DNA from: a virus
Lineage: Duplodnaviria; Caudoviricetes
Direction: 5' to 3' (one strand)
Length of the DNA: 28,110 bases
Virus record (IMG/VR): IMGVR_UViG_3300031953_000084
Location: 1 to 28,110 of that record
Below the pieces are notes generated by a model that ran no database searches, had not been told where the DNA came from, and saw only the letters and a list, made by a program, of their open reading frames with translations. The translations under genes were made by a program, and so were the position numbers. Below, piece after piece: positions 1 to 7,271 of this stretch (position 1 is the stretch's first letter; the number at the start of each line of letters is the position of its first letter).

Positions 1-2
1 CC

Positions 3-602
3 GCGCACATGACGCCGCACCTCACGCAGATCATTGGCTTTATGATCGGCACCGGCGCGCGAGCAAGCGAAACCCTGAGCCTGCAAGCCTCAACGCTTTA
101 CATCAGCACCGGGCAGGCCATGCTTGACCGCACCAAGAACGGGCAACCCCGGATGGTGCGCTTTCCCGCGCGCGCCGGGCGGATGATCCTGAGCCGCGAG
201 CTGCCGACGATTGGCAGCGTATTCACCGACAATCACGGCAGGCCATATGAAACCGGGCGGATCACCGCGAGTGGTAAGCGCGACAGCGCGTCAATCAAAA
301 CAGCATTCAACCGGGCGCGCGATGCCGCCGGACTAGCCAGCGCCGGGCCCGACAAGGTGACGCCCCACACCCTGCGCCACACTTGGGCAACATGGCACTA
401 TGCGCAAAACCGCGACTTTGGCGCGCTCTTGGATTTGGGCGGATGGTCAAGTGCCGATGTCGCCAACATATATCGCAAGATCGCCCCCGATGATCTCGCG
501 GCGCGGTTGCTTGCGCATGGGTGGGATTTCCGCACCGCCGGGCGCTTGGATGCGCTCACCGTGCCGCCGCTGCGCCTCGCGCACAACAGTGGCAAACTAT
601 GA
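3..602 (+). CDS. int: Tyrosine recombinase/integrase, C-terminal catalytic domain (5'-partial)
   Basis: Catalytic set R (TGARASE), K (TKNG), HxxR (HTLRHT), W (GGW), Y (NIY); frame open to the window edge. Confidence 0.9.
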   Translation, partial: AHMTPHLTQIIGFMIGTGARASETLSLQASTLYISTGQAMLDRTKNGQPRMVRFPARAGRMILSRELPTIGSVFTDNHGRPYETGRITASGKRDSASIKTAFNRARDAAGLASAGPDKVTPHTLRHTWATWHYAQNRDFGALLDLGGWSSADVANIYRKIAPDDLAARLLAHGWDFRTAGRLDALTVPPLRLAHNSGKL

Positions 603-673
603 GCCCGCCGCTCATAGACTTTGAGTGGCGCATAGATACGGGCGAGAGGCCCGCATTTCTTTTGGCCACGCGT

Positions 674-687
674 CACCTTTAAATGTT
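674..687. promoter_or_regulatory. Putative operator CACCTTTAAATGTT upstream of HNH gene
   Basis: 12/14 match to palindrome CACCTTTAAAGGTG, which recurs in other intergenic gaps. Confidence 0.6.
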
Positions 688-712
688 TAGATCGCCCCGA
701 AAGGAAAGAAAA

Positions 713-1198
713 ATGACAGCAGACAAAAGCAACAAGCCGGGCGCGCCGCGCCTCACTATCGGTGACAATGCAGACTTGCCGCCACGCCTTGAGGATTGGC
801 ACCTAGGCCCGCTTGAGAGCTACAAACCGACACCCACGCGCGCGCAGCGCATCCGGGCCTTGCGATGGCCTGCCGCCGGGCGGCGGCAGGCCATCCGCGA
901 CAAGCTCGCCGCGTATTCAATCGCGCACCCTGAAACGGGGTGCGCGATTTGGACTGGCGGCACCTCAGGCTCAGGCAAGGGCGGGAACTATCCACGCATG
1001 TGCCTTGATGGCGCGACTGTGGCGGCGCACCGGGCGGCATGGATCAATGAGAACGGGATGATCCCACCGCGCAAGCAAATTGATCACAAGTGCCGCAACC
1101 GTCTTTGCGTTAACCCCGATCACCTTGAGCTGGTCACTCACCGCGAAAACATGCGGCGGCGCGATGCGGCACTTGCAGAACAAAGGCGAACACCTTGA
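713..1198 (+). CDS. HNH endonuclease (HNH_3-like)
   Basis: CAIWTG...AHR...IDHKCRNRLCVNPDHLELVTHRENMRR; ATG at 713 follows AAGGA. Confidence 0.85.
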   Translation: MTADKSNKPGAPRLTIGDNADLPPRLEDWHLGPLESYKPTPTRAQRIRALRWPAAGRRQAIRDKLAAYSIAHPETGCAIWTGGTSGSGKGGNYPRMCLDGATVAAHRAAWINENGMIPPRKQIDHKCRNRLCVNPDHLELVTHRENMRRRDAALAEQRRTP

Positions 1199-1671
1199 GC
1201 GGGGCAGCATGGATCGGGCGTCAGCTTTTTCTTGGGCGCACCATCATTGGCGCGGTCCAACCATCCAATGAGGCGGGGGCATGGCTTGGGATGTCATACC
1301 TGCCCGGCGCAGCAATCCTGATCGGGCGCGATTTCCCAAGCGAGGTGGCGGCACAAGAGCGGGTTTTGCAGTCAGCCCAAAGCCGGTGCAAGGCGATGTT
1401 TGGTGCTGGCATCGGCACCACGGAAAGCGTCGTGCATGATGGCCGCGCCCTGCGCGTCATAGCGCGTGCCATATGGCGGGCGGGCGTTTGGCGCTGTGAT
1501 CGCCCGGTGAACGCCCATGCGATGTTTGCCGATCTTGGCGAGGCTCTTGGGTTTAAGCCTGAGGATGCGCCCCTAATCAGCGAGGGCAGGGATCAGGGCA
1601 GCGGCTCATCCGCCGAACCGACGCACGATGATGGTGAGTTTCTTGAGGACATAGAGCGCGAGCGCGCATAA
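1195..1671 (+). CDS. Hypothetical phage protein
   Basis: 158-aa ORF; TTG start overlaps HNH stop (TTGA); fills the gap to the next intergenic region. Confidence 0.6.
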   Translation: MSGAAWIGRQLFLGRTIIGAVQPSNEAGAWLGMSYLPGAAILIGRDFPSEVAAQERVLQSAQSRCKAMFGAGIGTTESVVHDGRALRVIARAIWRAGVWRCDRPVNAHAMFADLGEALGFKPEDAPLISEGRDQGSGSSAEPTHDDGEFLEDIERERA

Positions 1672-1706
1672 GTCCCGGATCGCGGCGCGGGCTTGTACAT
1701 GCCATT

Positions 1707-1742
1707 AACACCTTTAAAGGTGTTTAATCACTCTTTAATATG
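1707..1742. promoter_or_regulatory. Tandem operator pair / promoter region
   Basis: Perfect 18-bp palindrome AACACCTTTAAAGGTGTT (1707-1724) plus degenerate copy CACTCTTTAATATG (1729-1742), 20-bp period. Confidence 0.7.
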
Positions 1743-1776
1743 AGACAGCAACCCAAACAACCCACAGGAGGCCGAT

Positions 1777-1977
1777 ATGGCAGACCCCGTATTTTACGCC
1801 GAAGATCGAGAAGGCGTGCTGCGCCGCTGGATACCGCCCGCGAACCTAAGGAAAATCGCCCCGCTAATTGAGGCAGTGGAGAGGATGGAGGAAGCCGACG
1901 AAGCGAACGAAGGCGAAATCCCCCTACACATTATCCAACAGGTCTATGCCGCCCGCCGCGCGGCGCAGTCCAAATAA
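1777..1977 (+). CDS. Hypothetical protein
   Basis: 66 aa, strong AGGAGG SD, directly downstream of operator pair. Confidence 0.65.
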   Translation: MADPVFYAEDREGVLRRWIPPANLRKIAPLIEAVERMEEADEANEGEIPLHIIQQVYAARRAAQSK

Positions 1978-2040
1978 CCCATCGCCATCACGGCAGATGA
2001 AACGCAAAAGCGCCCCGGCCCAAACTGAAAGACAAGAAAA

Positions 2041-2325
2041 TTGGCACAATTCACCACCACCACGAAAATAGAAGCAACCGCAATCATCGCTTTTAATGAA
2101 AGTGAGCTGCGCGCGCTCGACGCAATGATCGGGTACGGCATAGAGCCGTTCCTAAAGGTTTTTTACCAGCAACTAGGCACAACCTACATGAAGCCATACG
2201 AGGCCGGTTTGCGCAGCCTATTCGCGACCATAAATCCGCCGGTAGGGAAAGCACTTGCGCAAGTCAATAAAGTGCGGGCGCAACTGAAAAGGGCTGAGAG
2301 GGAAGGTGAACAACATGGCATTTGA
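2041..2325 (+). CDS. Hypothetical protein
   Basis: 94 aa, protein-like composition, TTG start, overlaps next gene. Confidence 0.6.
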   Translation: MAQFTTTTKIEATAIIAFNESELRALDAMIGYGIEPFLKVFYQQLGTTYMKPYEAGLRSLFATINPPVGKALAQVNKVRAQLKRAEREGEQHGI

Positions 2326-2776
2326 CAATCCCACCAACCGAGGCCGCGCGCTCAAGATCGTTGAGGCCTTGGCGCACGTTGAGAAATCCGCCGCGAGCAA
2401 CAAGGCCACCCCGGATGAGATCGCGCACATTTGCGCGCCTGTGGTTGAAATGCTGCGCCTCATGGGGGCGTTGCCCCTTGCGCCCACGTTGACGCAAAGC
2501 GAGATCGCGGTGATCGTCGGGCCTGATGTCGTGCAAGACGCGCCAGAGCCGCCCGCTGAGCGCCCTGAGGCGGGCGGGATGATGCTGCCGCGCGAAACGC
2601 CGCGCAAGGCCGCTGAGGGGCGCGGCGGCGCTTGGGCGGCAGACAGCAACGCCCCGGCTTGGGCGATCATTCGGGATGCGGCGGTAAATGCGCCGCTCAG
2701 CGATCTCGCCGCCGCGATGGCGGTGATGGCAACCCGGATGGATGATGCCCTTTATCGCCTCAAGGGTGCCGCATGA
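2315..2776 (+). CDS. Hypothetical protein
   Basis: ATG at 2315 after AAGGTG SD; ATGA-coupled to next ORF. Confidence 0.65.
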   Translation: MAFDNPTNRGRALKIVEALAHVEKSAASNKATPDEIAHICAPVVEMLRLMGALPLAPTLTQSEIAVIVGPDVVQDAPEPPAERPEAGGMMLPRETPRKAAEGRGGAWAADSNAPAWAIIRDAAVNAPLSDLAAAMAVMATRMDDALYRLKGAA

Positions 2777-3003
2777 CCGCGAGCGCAAAATACATGATCC
2801 GGCTTTGCGCCATTGGGCTCACGCCGATCTCAAGCGAGCTGAGCGCAATCGCGGACAGTAAGCACCTGTTCTATGACCAGCTCAGCGAGGCTGATCAGCT
2901 CAGCGAGGCGGGCATGGCAATCGCGGACGCCGCCGCCACACTTGACGCCGTTGCGGCAATCCTGAGCGATAGTGCCGCCGCCTTGCGCGAGGTGATCACC
3001 TAA
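2773..3003 (+). CDS. Hypothetical small helical protein
   Basis: 76 aa, ATGA overlap with upstream gene. Confidence 0.6.
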   Translation: MTASAKYMIRLCAIGLTPISSELSAIADSKHLFYDQLSEADQLSEAGMAIADAAATLDAVAAILSDSAAALREVIT

Positions 3004-3079
3004 GGCATCCGCGATGCCAGGTTGTTCAGATCACGCGCCCACCGAACCAAAGTTCCGGGCGATTAATTTACCCGGCACT

Positions 3080-3118
3080 CACCTTTTAATATTGTGTCTC
3101 ACATTTTAATGTGAGACA
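3080..3118. promoter_or_regulatory. Tandem operator pair / promoter region
   Basis: CACCTTTTAATATT (3080-3093) and CACATTTTAATGTG (3100-3113), 20-bp period; the second lies within inverted repeat TGTCTCACATT-TT-AATGTGAGACA (3095-3118). Confidence 0.7.
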
Positions 3119-3166
3119 AGATCACCAGACGCCGGGCGCACCGCCCTGCAACCTGAGGTTCAAACC

Positions 3167-3433
3167 ATGACCAACCGCATCAAACTTTCCGCAAAATTTC
3201 TCACCGTCAACGGCGCGCGCGCAGGCATCCAGATCTCGGCGGGCCCTTGGATCGCGGGCGTGCCCGCCGAGATGATCAAGGTGCGCTGCAAGCGCGGCAC
3301 TTTCCCCGCCGGTTTCCGCGAGGCGCTTGAGATCGAAAACAACAGCGACAGCCGCGAGGATTACTTTGAGGCCGATTGCATCCGCCTGATGCCCGGCCAT
3401 CCCCTTTACACCGCAGCAAAGGCGGCGGCTTAA
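3167..3433 (+). CDS. Hypothetical protein with ENNSDxxxDYF...PGHPLY motif
   Basis: 88 aa, GAGG SD, downstream of operator pair. Confidence 0.75.
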   Translation: MTNRIKLSAKFLTVNGARAGIQISAGPWIAGVPAEMIKVRCKRGTFPAGFREALEIENNSDSREDYFEADCIRLMPGHPLYTAAKAAA

Positions 3434-3442
3434 GCCGCCGCC
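3421..3442. repeat. Perfect 22-bp palindrome spanning a stop codon (copy 1)
   Basis: GGCGGCGGCTTAAGCCGCCGCC; 20/22 identical to 5704-5725. Confidence 0.85.
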
Positions 3443-3469
3443 GCGAAACAATTGGCCGAAAGGGCGAAA

Positions 3470-4192
3470 ATGGAATTGAAAGTTTTGATTGGCTGCGAAC
3501 AATCCGGCGTTGTGCGCGATGCCTTTGCAGCCCTTGGGCATGACGCTTGGTCGTGCGACCTGTTGCCCGGTGAAACCCCAAGCAACCGGCACATCATTGG
3601 AGACGTGCGCGAGGTGATGCTATGGCAAGAATGGGATATAGTTGCAGTAATGCACCCGCCATGCACCCGGCTCTGCAATTCCGGCGTGCGATGGCTCAAC
3701 GAACCACCAAAGAACCCGCCCGCCGATTGCACCGCCAGCGAGGCCGAGATTTGGCCAACCCTTTCGCGCGCCGCAAAACTGGAAATGATCTGGCGGCACC
3801 TTGAGGCCGGTGCCGCGCTGTTTTCCGATTGCTGGAACGTGCCGCACATTCCACACATAGCGATTGAAAACCCGGTGATGCACCGCCACGCGAAAGCCCG
3901 GATCAAGAATTTCAAGCCGCACGCCGACAGCTTTCAACCTTGGCATTTCGGCACGGATGAGGACGGCCCCGACAATGAGAAAAAACGCACCCTGCTTTGG
4001 CTACGCAACCTGCCCGCACTGATCCACACCGGAACGCTTGACGGATCAACCGCGCGCGATAGTGTTCACAAGGCCAGCCCCGGCGCAGACCGTTGGCGCG
4101 AGCGCAGCCGATTTTTTCCCGGCGCAGCTCAGGCGATGGCGGCGCAATGGTCCGATCACGCCATCAATTGCGCTCAGGCCCGCGCCGCCTGA
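3470..4192 (+). CDS. Phage DNA (cytosine-5) methyltransferase-like protein
   Basis: Variant motif I (IGCEQSG), motif IV HPPC, motif VI IENP, KRT motif; recognisable small phage MTase-like family. Confidence 0.75.
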   Translation: MELKVLIGCEQSGVVRDAFAALGHDAWSCDLLPGETPSNRHIIGDVREVMLWQEWDIVAVMHPPCTRLCNSGVRWLNEPPKNPPADCTASEAEIWPTLSRAAKLEMIWRHLEAGAALFSDCWNVPHIPHIAIENPVMHRHAKARIKNFKPHADSFQPWHFGTDEDGPDNEKKRTLLWLRNLPALIHTGTLDGSTARDSVHKASPGADRWRERSRFFPGAAQAMAAQWSDHAINCAQARAA

Positions 4193-4220
4193 GTATCCGC
4201 ACCGGCGCGAGCGTCAAGAG

Positions 4221-4253
4221 AGGCCCCGGCGAGATCAGCGCCGGGGCCTTTTT
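4221..4253 (+). terminator. Intrinsic terminator
   Basis: 11-bp stem AGGCCCCGGCG/CGCCGGGGCCT, 7-nt loop, T-tract; follows MTase gene. Confidence 0.8.
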
Positions 4254-4257
4254 GTTG

Positions 4258-4452
4258 TCACCCGATTGCGGGGCGCGCCATGCCCGCCGCCGCAGGTGAC
4301 GGGCATGGCGCGACGGAGCGCTCAGCTCGCCGGTGAGTCGCGCCATGCCAATCAGGCAACACATGGCCCGCAAGGCAGGCCATGATGATCAGCGCGCTCA
4401 AATGATCGCGCCGCCGCATCTTTGGGCGGCAGGGATGGCGGAGCCGGATCAT
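4258..4452 (-). CDS. Possible small hypothetical protein
   Basis: 64 aa; ATGA overlap with 4449-4742; runs through strong inverted repeats, so uncertain. Confidence 0.3.
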   Translation of the reverse strand: MIRLRHPCRPKMRRRDHLSALIIMACLAGHVLPDWHGATHRRAERSVAPCPSPAAAGMARPAIG

Positions 4453-4742
4453 TGCAACAGCTTTCCGACCGACCTTAAAAGCCGTTCGAAGTTATTCCAG
4501 AACAAGACAAGCACCGACAGAACGGCACCGGCACCAAGGATGAGGCCGCGCCAGTGCGCCCAAAACAGGCCCTTAGCTTCCTCATAGCGCGCGATGCAAA
4601 CCAGCGTCTCACTGTGGCTGAGGATCGCGCGAATTTTTTCAATCTCATCGGGCTCAAGCTTGGCATAATCGGCACCAAGAGCGGCTTGCAGCTTGGCGAG
4701 GACGGCAAGAATTTGGACATCCGCCGGGGAATGATCGGGCAC
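4449..4742 (-). CDS. Small single-pass membrane protein (holin-like or exclusion-like)
   Basis: 97 aa; GTG start with AAGGA SD; one C-terminal hydrophobic segment GLILGAGAVLSVLVLFW. Confidence 0.7.
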   Translation of the reverse strand: MPDHSPADVQILAVLAKLQAALGADYAKLEPDEIEKIRAILSHSETLVCIARYEEAKGLFWAHWRGLILGAGAVLSVLVLFWNNFERLLRSVGKLLQ

Positions 4743-4838
4743 GTTGTTTTTCCTTTCACGCCAGGGCAGCGCCCCGGTTTAAGTGCCAGAGCGCGCCGCA
4801 GCACCCTCATCTTTTTTGTATTGTGCAAAACAGATTAG

Positions 4839-4867
4839 TTGAATGTCACCCTTAAAGGTTAGATAAG
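4839..4867 (+). promoter_or_regulatory. Putative promoter with operator CACCCTTAAAGGTT (4847-4860) in the spacer
   Basis: TTGAAT at 4839-4844; 12/14 match to operator palindrome; upstream of sprT-like gene. Confidence 0.6.
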
Positions 4868-4915
4868 GATTGCGGAAGCCGGGCGCAGCGCCCGCCAACG
4901 CAAAGGATCGCACCC

Positions 4916-5716
4916 ATGACCAGCACCGGCCACAACCTGCCCGAAACGCCAACCGCAGAAACCTATGGCGCGCTTGATGCCGCCTATGATTTTTTCAATG
5001 AGCGGCTATTTGGGGGCCGGTTGATGCCTTGCCTTTTTGTGATGCAGCGCAGCAAGCCAACCCGGGGCGGGCACTTTCACGCGGAAATCTGGCAAAGCCA
5101 AACCGTCAATGATTATGCCGCCGATGAGATCGCCATCAATCCCAATCAGATGATGAGCGCGGGCCTGCAAGAGAACATGCAAACGCTCGCGCATGAAATG
5201 TGCCACCTTGAGCAACACCATTTTGGCAAGCCCTCGCGCAACGGATACCACAACAAAGAATGGGGTGCGATGATGGACAAGATCGGCCTCACGCCATCGA
5301 ACACCGGCGCGCCGGGCGGCAAGCGCACCGGGCAGCAAATGGCAGATTTCATTGAGCCCGGCGGGGCGTTTGAGGCCGGACTTGCCGAGCTGATTGATAG
5401 CGGCTTTTCGATACCTTGGCTTTCCATTGACACAACGCCGCCGCCCAAAGAAGCCAAGCCGTCCACGCGCGCGAAATTCACCTGCGTTGGATGCAGCTCA
5501 AACGCTTGGGGCAAGCCAGAGCTGCGCATCCATTGCGCCGATTGCAGCTTGCCAATGATCCCCTCAACCGCTGAGCCTGAGGACGCCGCCGCGATGTTGA
5601 GCGGATACATGAAGCCCGATCAGATCGCGCAGGCTCTTGGCCTCAGCGTCAAAGAGGCCAAGAGCAACACAGCGCAGATAGACGTTGAGGAATACATTGC
5701 GGGGGCGGCGGCTTGA
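4916..5716 (+). CDS. SprT-like zinc metalloprotease with C-terminal Zn ribbon
   Basis: HEMCH (HExxH) plus GYHNKEW third ligand; CVGC...CADC. Confidence 0.85.
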   Translation: MTSTGHNLPETPTAETYGALDAAYDFFNERLFGGRLMPCLFVMQRSKPTRGGHFHAEIWQSQTVNDYAADEIAINPNQMMSAGLQENMQTLAHEMCHLEQHHFGKPSRNGYHNKEWGAMMDKIGLTPSNTGAPGGKRTGQQMADFIEPGGAFEAGLAELIDSGFSIPWLSIDTTPPPKEAKPSTRAKFTCVGCSSNAWGKPELRIHCADCSLPMIPSTAEPEDAAAMLSGYMKPDQIAQALGLSVKEAKSNTAQIDVEEYIAGAAA

Positions 5717-5725
5717 GCCGCCACC
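5704..5725. repeat. Imperfect palindrome spanning a stop codon (copy 2)
   Basis: GGCGGCGGCTTGAGCCGCCACC; near-identical to 3421-3442. Confidence 0.8.
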
Positions 5726-5834
5726 CCCGAGCCCAAGAGCGGCGCACGAGACAATCCGTGCAAAATCCGTGCAGTGAGCTGCCGAAAACAGTGCAGGTTA
5801 TTGATTTTTAAGGAAATAACGACACAATCAAACT

Positions 5835-5882
5835 CCCCTCCTAAGGGGCAGGTTAGTGGTTCGAATCCACTCGGGGTCACCA
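5835..5882 (+). tRNA. 3' half of tRNA-Arg(CCT), att core (not a complete tRNA)
   Basis: Anticodon loop CTCCTAA (CCT 5840-5842), T-arm AGTGG-TTCGAAT-CCACT, 3' acceptor strand ending CCA; no D-arm or 5' acceptor strand upstream. Confidence 0.85.
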
Positions 5883-5938
5883 CCCAACACCCTTGAAAAC
5901 AAAGACTTTAAAGCCGGTTTTCAGGGTGCCCCGCGCCG

Positions 5939-5952
5939 CACCTTTAAATGCG
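5939..5952. promoter_or_regulatory. Operator-like site inside attP
   Basis: CACCTTTAAATGCG, 12/14 match to CACCTTTAAAGGTG. Confidence 0.5.
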
Positions 5953-6058
5953 TTTGACCGCATTTGCGTGTGAAGTGCTGCCAATTGCACGCAAAATCCG
6001 TGCAAAATCCGTGCAGTCTGTTCCGGCCCTGTTCCGGGCTCAGCTCAAATGATCGCGC

Positions 6059-6613
6059 TCATCCATGCCGCGCGAAAGCATCAGACAGCATCAGGCGCTC
6101 ACGGATTTCAGCGATCAGCGCCGCCACCTCGCCGGGCAGAGCATCCGCCGCGCCGTTGTTATCAATCACCCAATCCGCATCACCGGCGCACAATTCCATT
6201 GAGCCGCCGGGCTCAGGCGGCAGGCGATCCGAGGCATCCACCCAAACCACAAGATCAAAAAGCGCGCGTGATCGCTCAAATTCAGCCCGCGAGCGCATCC
6301 CGGTGTAAATGTCATGCGCCTCAAGGATTTGCTCAGCAAGCATCGGGCCGGGGCGCAGGTTATAGGCCCGGATCGCGTGAAACCAGAGATCGCGGTGCGC
6401 GTGGCGATCCTCATAGGCCGCGCGCCAATCGGGATAGAGATCAGCGACAAGCGGAAAAACCGAGTGCTGCGCGGCAAACTCAGAGCTTGACACGCTGCGC
6501 AAGCCGTGGCGCGCGCGCAGCAAATCGCCAACGCTATCCTTGCCGTGCCGCCCGTGCCCGATGATCAACAGCCGACAGGCACCGGCAAGGCTCAGCTCAG
6601 AATTTTCCACCAC
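6059..6613 (-). CDS. P-loop kinase, deoxynucleoside monophosphate kinase-like
   Basis: LLIIGHGRHGKD Walker A of the GKD type; TGMR..E, VVWVDA and IDNNG motifs; GTG start at 6613 or 6610 overlapping HD gene end. Confidence 0.75.
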   Translation of the reverse strand: MVENSELSLAGACRLLIIGHGRHGKDSVGDLLRARHGLRSVSSSEFAAQHSVFPLVADLYPDWRAAYEDRHAHRDLWFHAIRAYNLRPGPMLAEQILEAHDIYTGMRSRAEFERSRALFDLVVWVDASDRLPPEPGGSMELCAGDADWVIDNNGAADALPGEVAALIAEIRERLMLSDAFARHG

Positions 6614-7226
6614 AAACCCCCGCAACAATCTCATCAAATTTCGCGCGATGCCCCAAGCGCACGGCAGCGGCGCGCAGGCGCGCAAACATGGCCCGCCAAT
6701 CATCGCGAGCCGCAACGTGTTGAGGGCAATGCGTGACCGCCCAAAGATAGGCATCAAGCCCATCGCACAAGCTCAGCAAGGCGGCGTGATCCGCGCGCAA
6801 TGCCGGAAAGCGCAGGCCCATTTCGCTCAGGGCCTCAGCCTCAAGCGCAGCAAGCGCGGCATAGAGGGCGGGGTTGCGCCACTTGACCGGCGATGCGAGA
6901 TCGCCAACCGCATTCTCGCCCAAGTCATGCGTGATCGCGGCGCGCAACAGCTCAACCGGGGCATCAGGCATAAATTGCAAAATAAGGACCGCCACCCGTG
7001 CAGAGTGACCATCAACCCGATCCCGCGTTGCCGCATAGATCGGGTTGGTATGCCAACGGTGCGTTGATCCCGCGAGCCAAGGCGAGGGTGCGCGGGCAGG
7101 CGCAGGCCCCGCCACACCGGGACAGATCACGGAGAGGGCGCGCAACGCGAGCCGTAAGGCCCAAGCGTACCATTTGCGCGCAAGCATGGCGCACACCGCC
7201 TGCCGCGCGTAAATCATCAGGCTCAT
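6597..7226 (-). CDS. HD-domain phosphohydrolase (YfbR/DatZ-like)
   Basis: RWHT...GHS...THDLGE..VGD..SPVK...CDGLD pattern. Confidence 0.85.
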   Translation of the reverse strand: MSLMIYARQAVCAMLARKWYAWALRLALRALSVICPGVAGPAPARAPSPWLAGSTHRWHTNPIYAATRDRVDGHSARVAVLILQFMPDAPVELLRAAITHDLGENAVGDLASPVKWRNPALYAALAALEAEALSEMGLRFPALRADHAALLSLCDGLDAYLWAVTHCPQHVAARDDWRAMFARLRAAAVRLGHRAKFDEIVAGVCGGKF

Positions 7227-7271
7227 GGGGCCATCCTTTCAAGTTTCAATAATTGAGAGAGAGGTGCGCGC

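Larger units (their letters stand above)
5753..6037. other. Phage attachment site attP with arm-type repeats
   Basis: Identical 23-mer AATCCGTGCAAAATCCGTGCAGT at 5753-5775 and 5995-6017 flanking a tRNA 3' fragment; IHF-like site at 5794-5806; tandem CTGTTCCGG at 6018 and 6029. Confidence 0.85.

Noticed and set aside
5806-5882. Complete phage-encoded tRNA-Arg
   Set aside because: 5' acceptor strand and D-arm absent; only the 3' half is present, which fits an att core
5753-6037. CRISPR or mini-array from the AATCCGTGCA repeats
   Set aside because: Only two tandem pairs ~240 bp apart, no regular spacers, no cas genes; they fit integrase arm sites
6597-7226. HD protein as DatZ of a 2-aminoadenine (Z-genome) pathway
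   Set aside because: No PurZ, MazZ or DNA polymerase in the window, and an integrating temperate phage is an unlikely Z-genome; HD motifs alone do not discriminate
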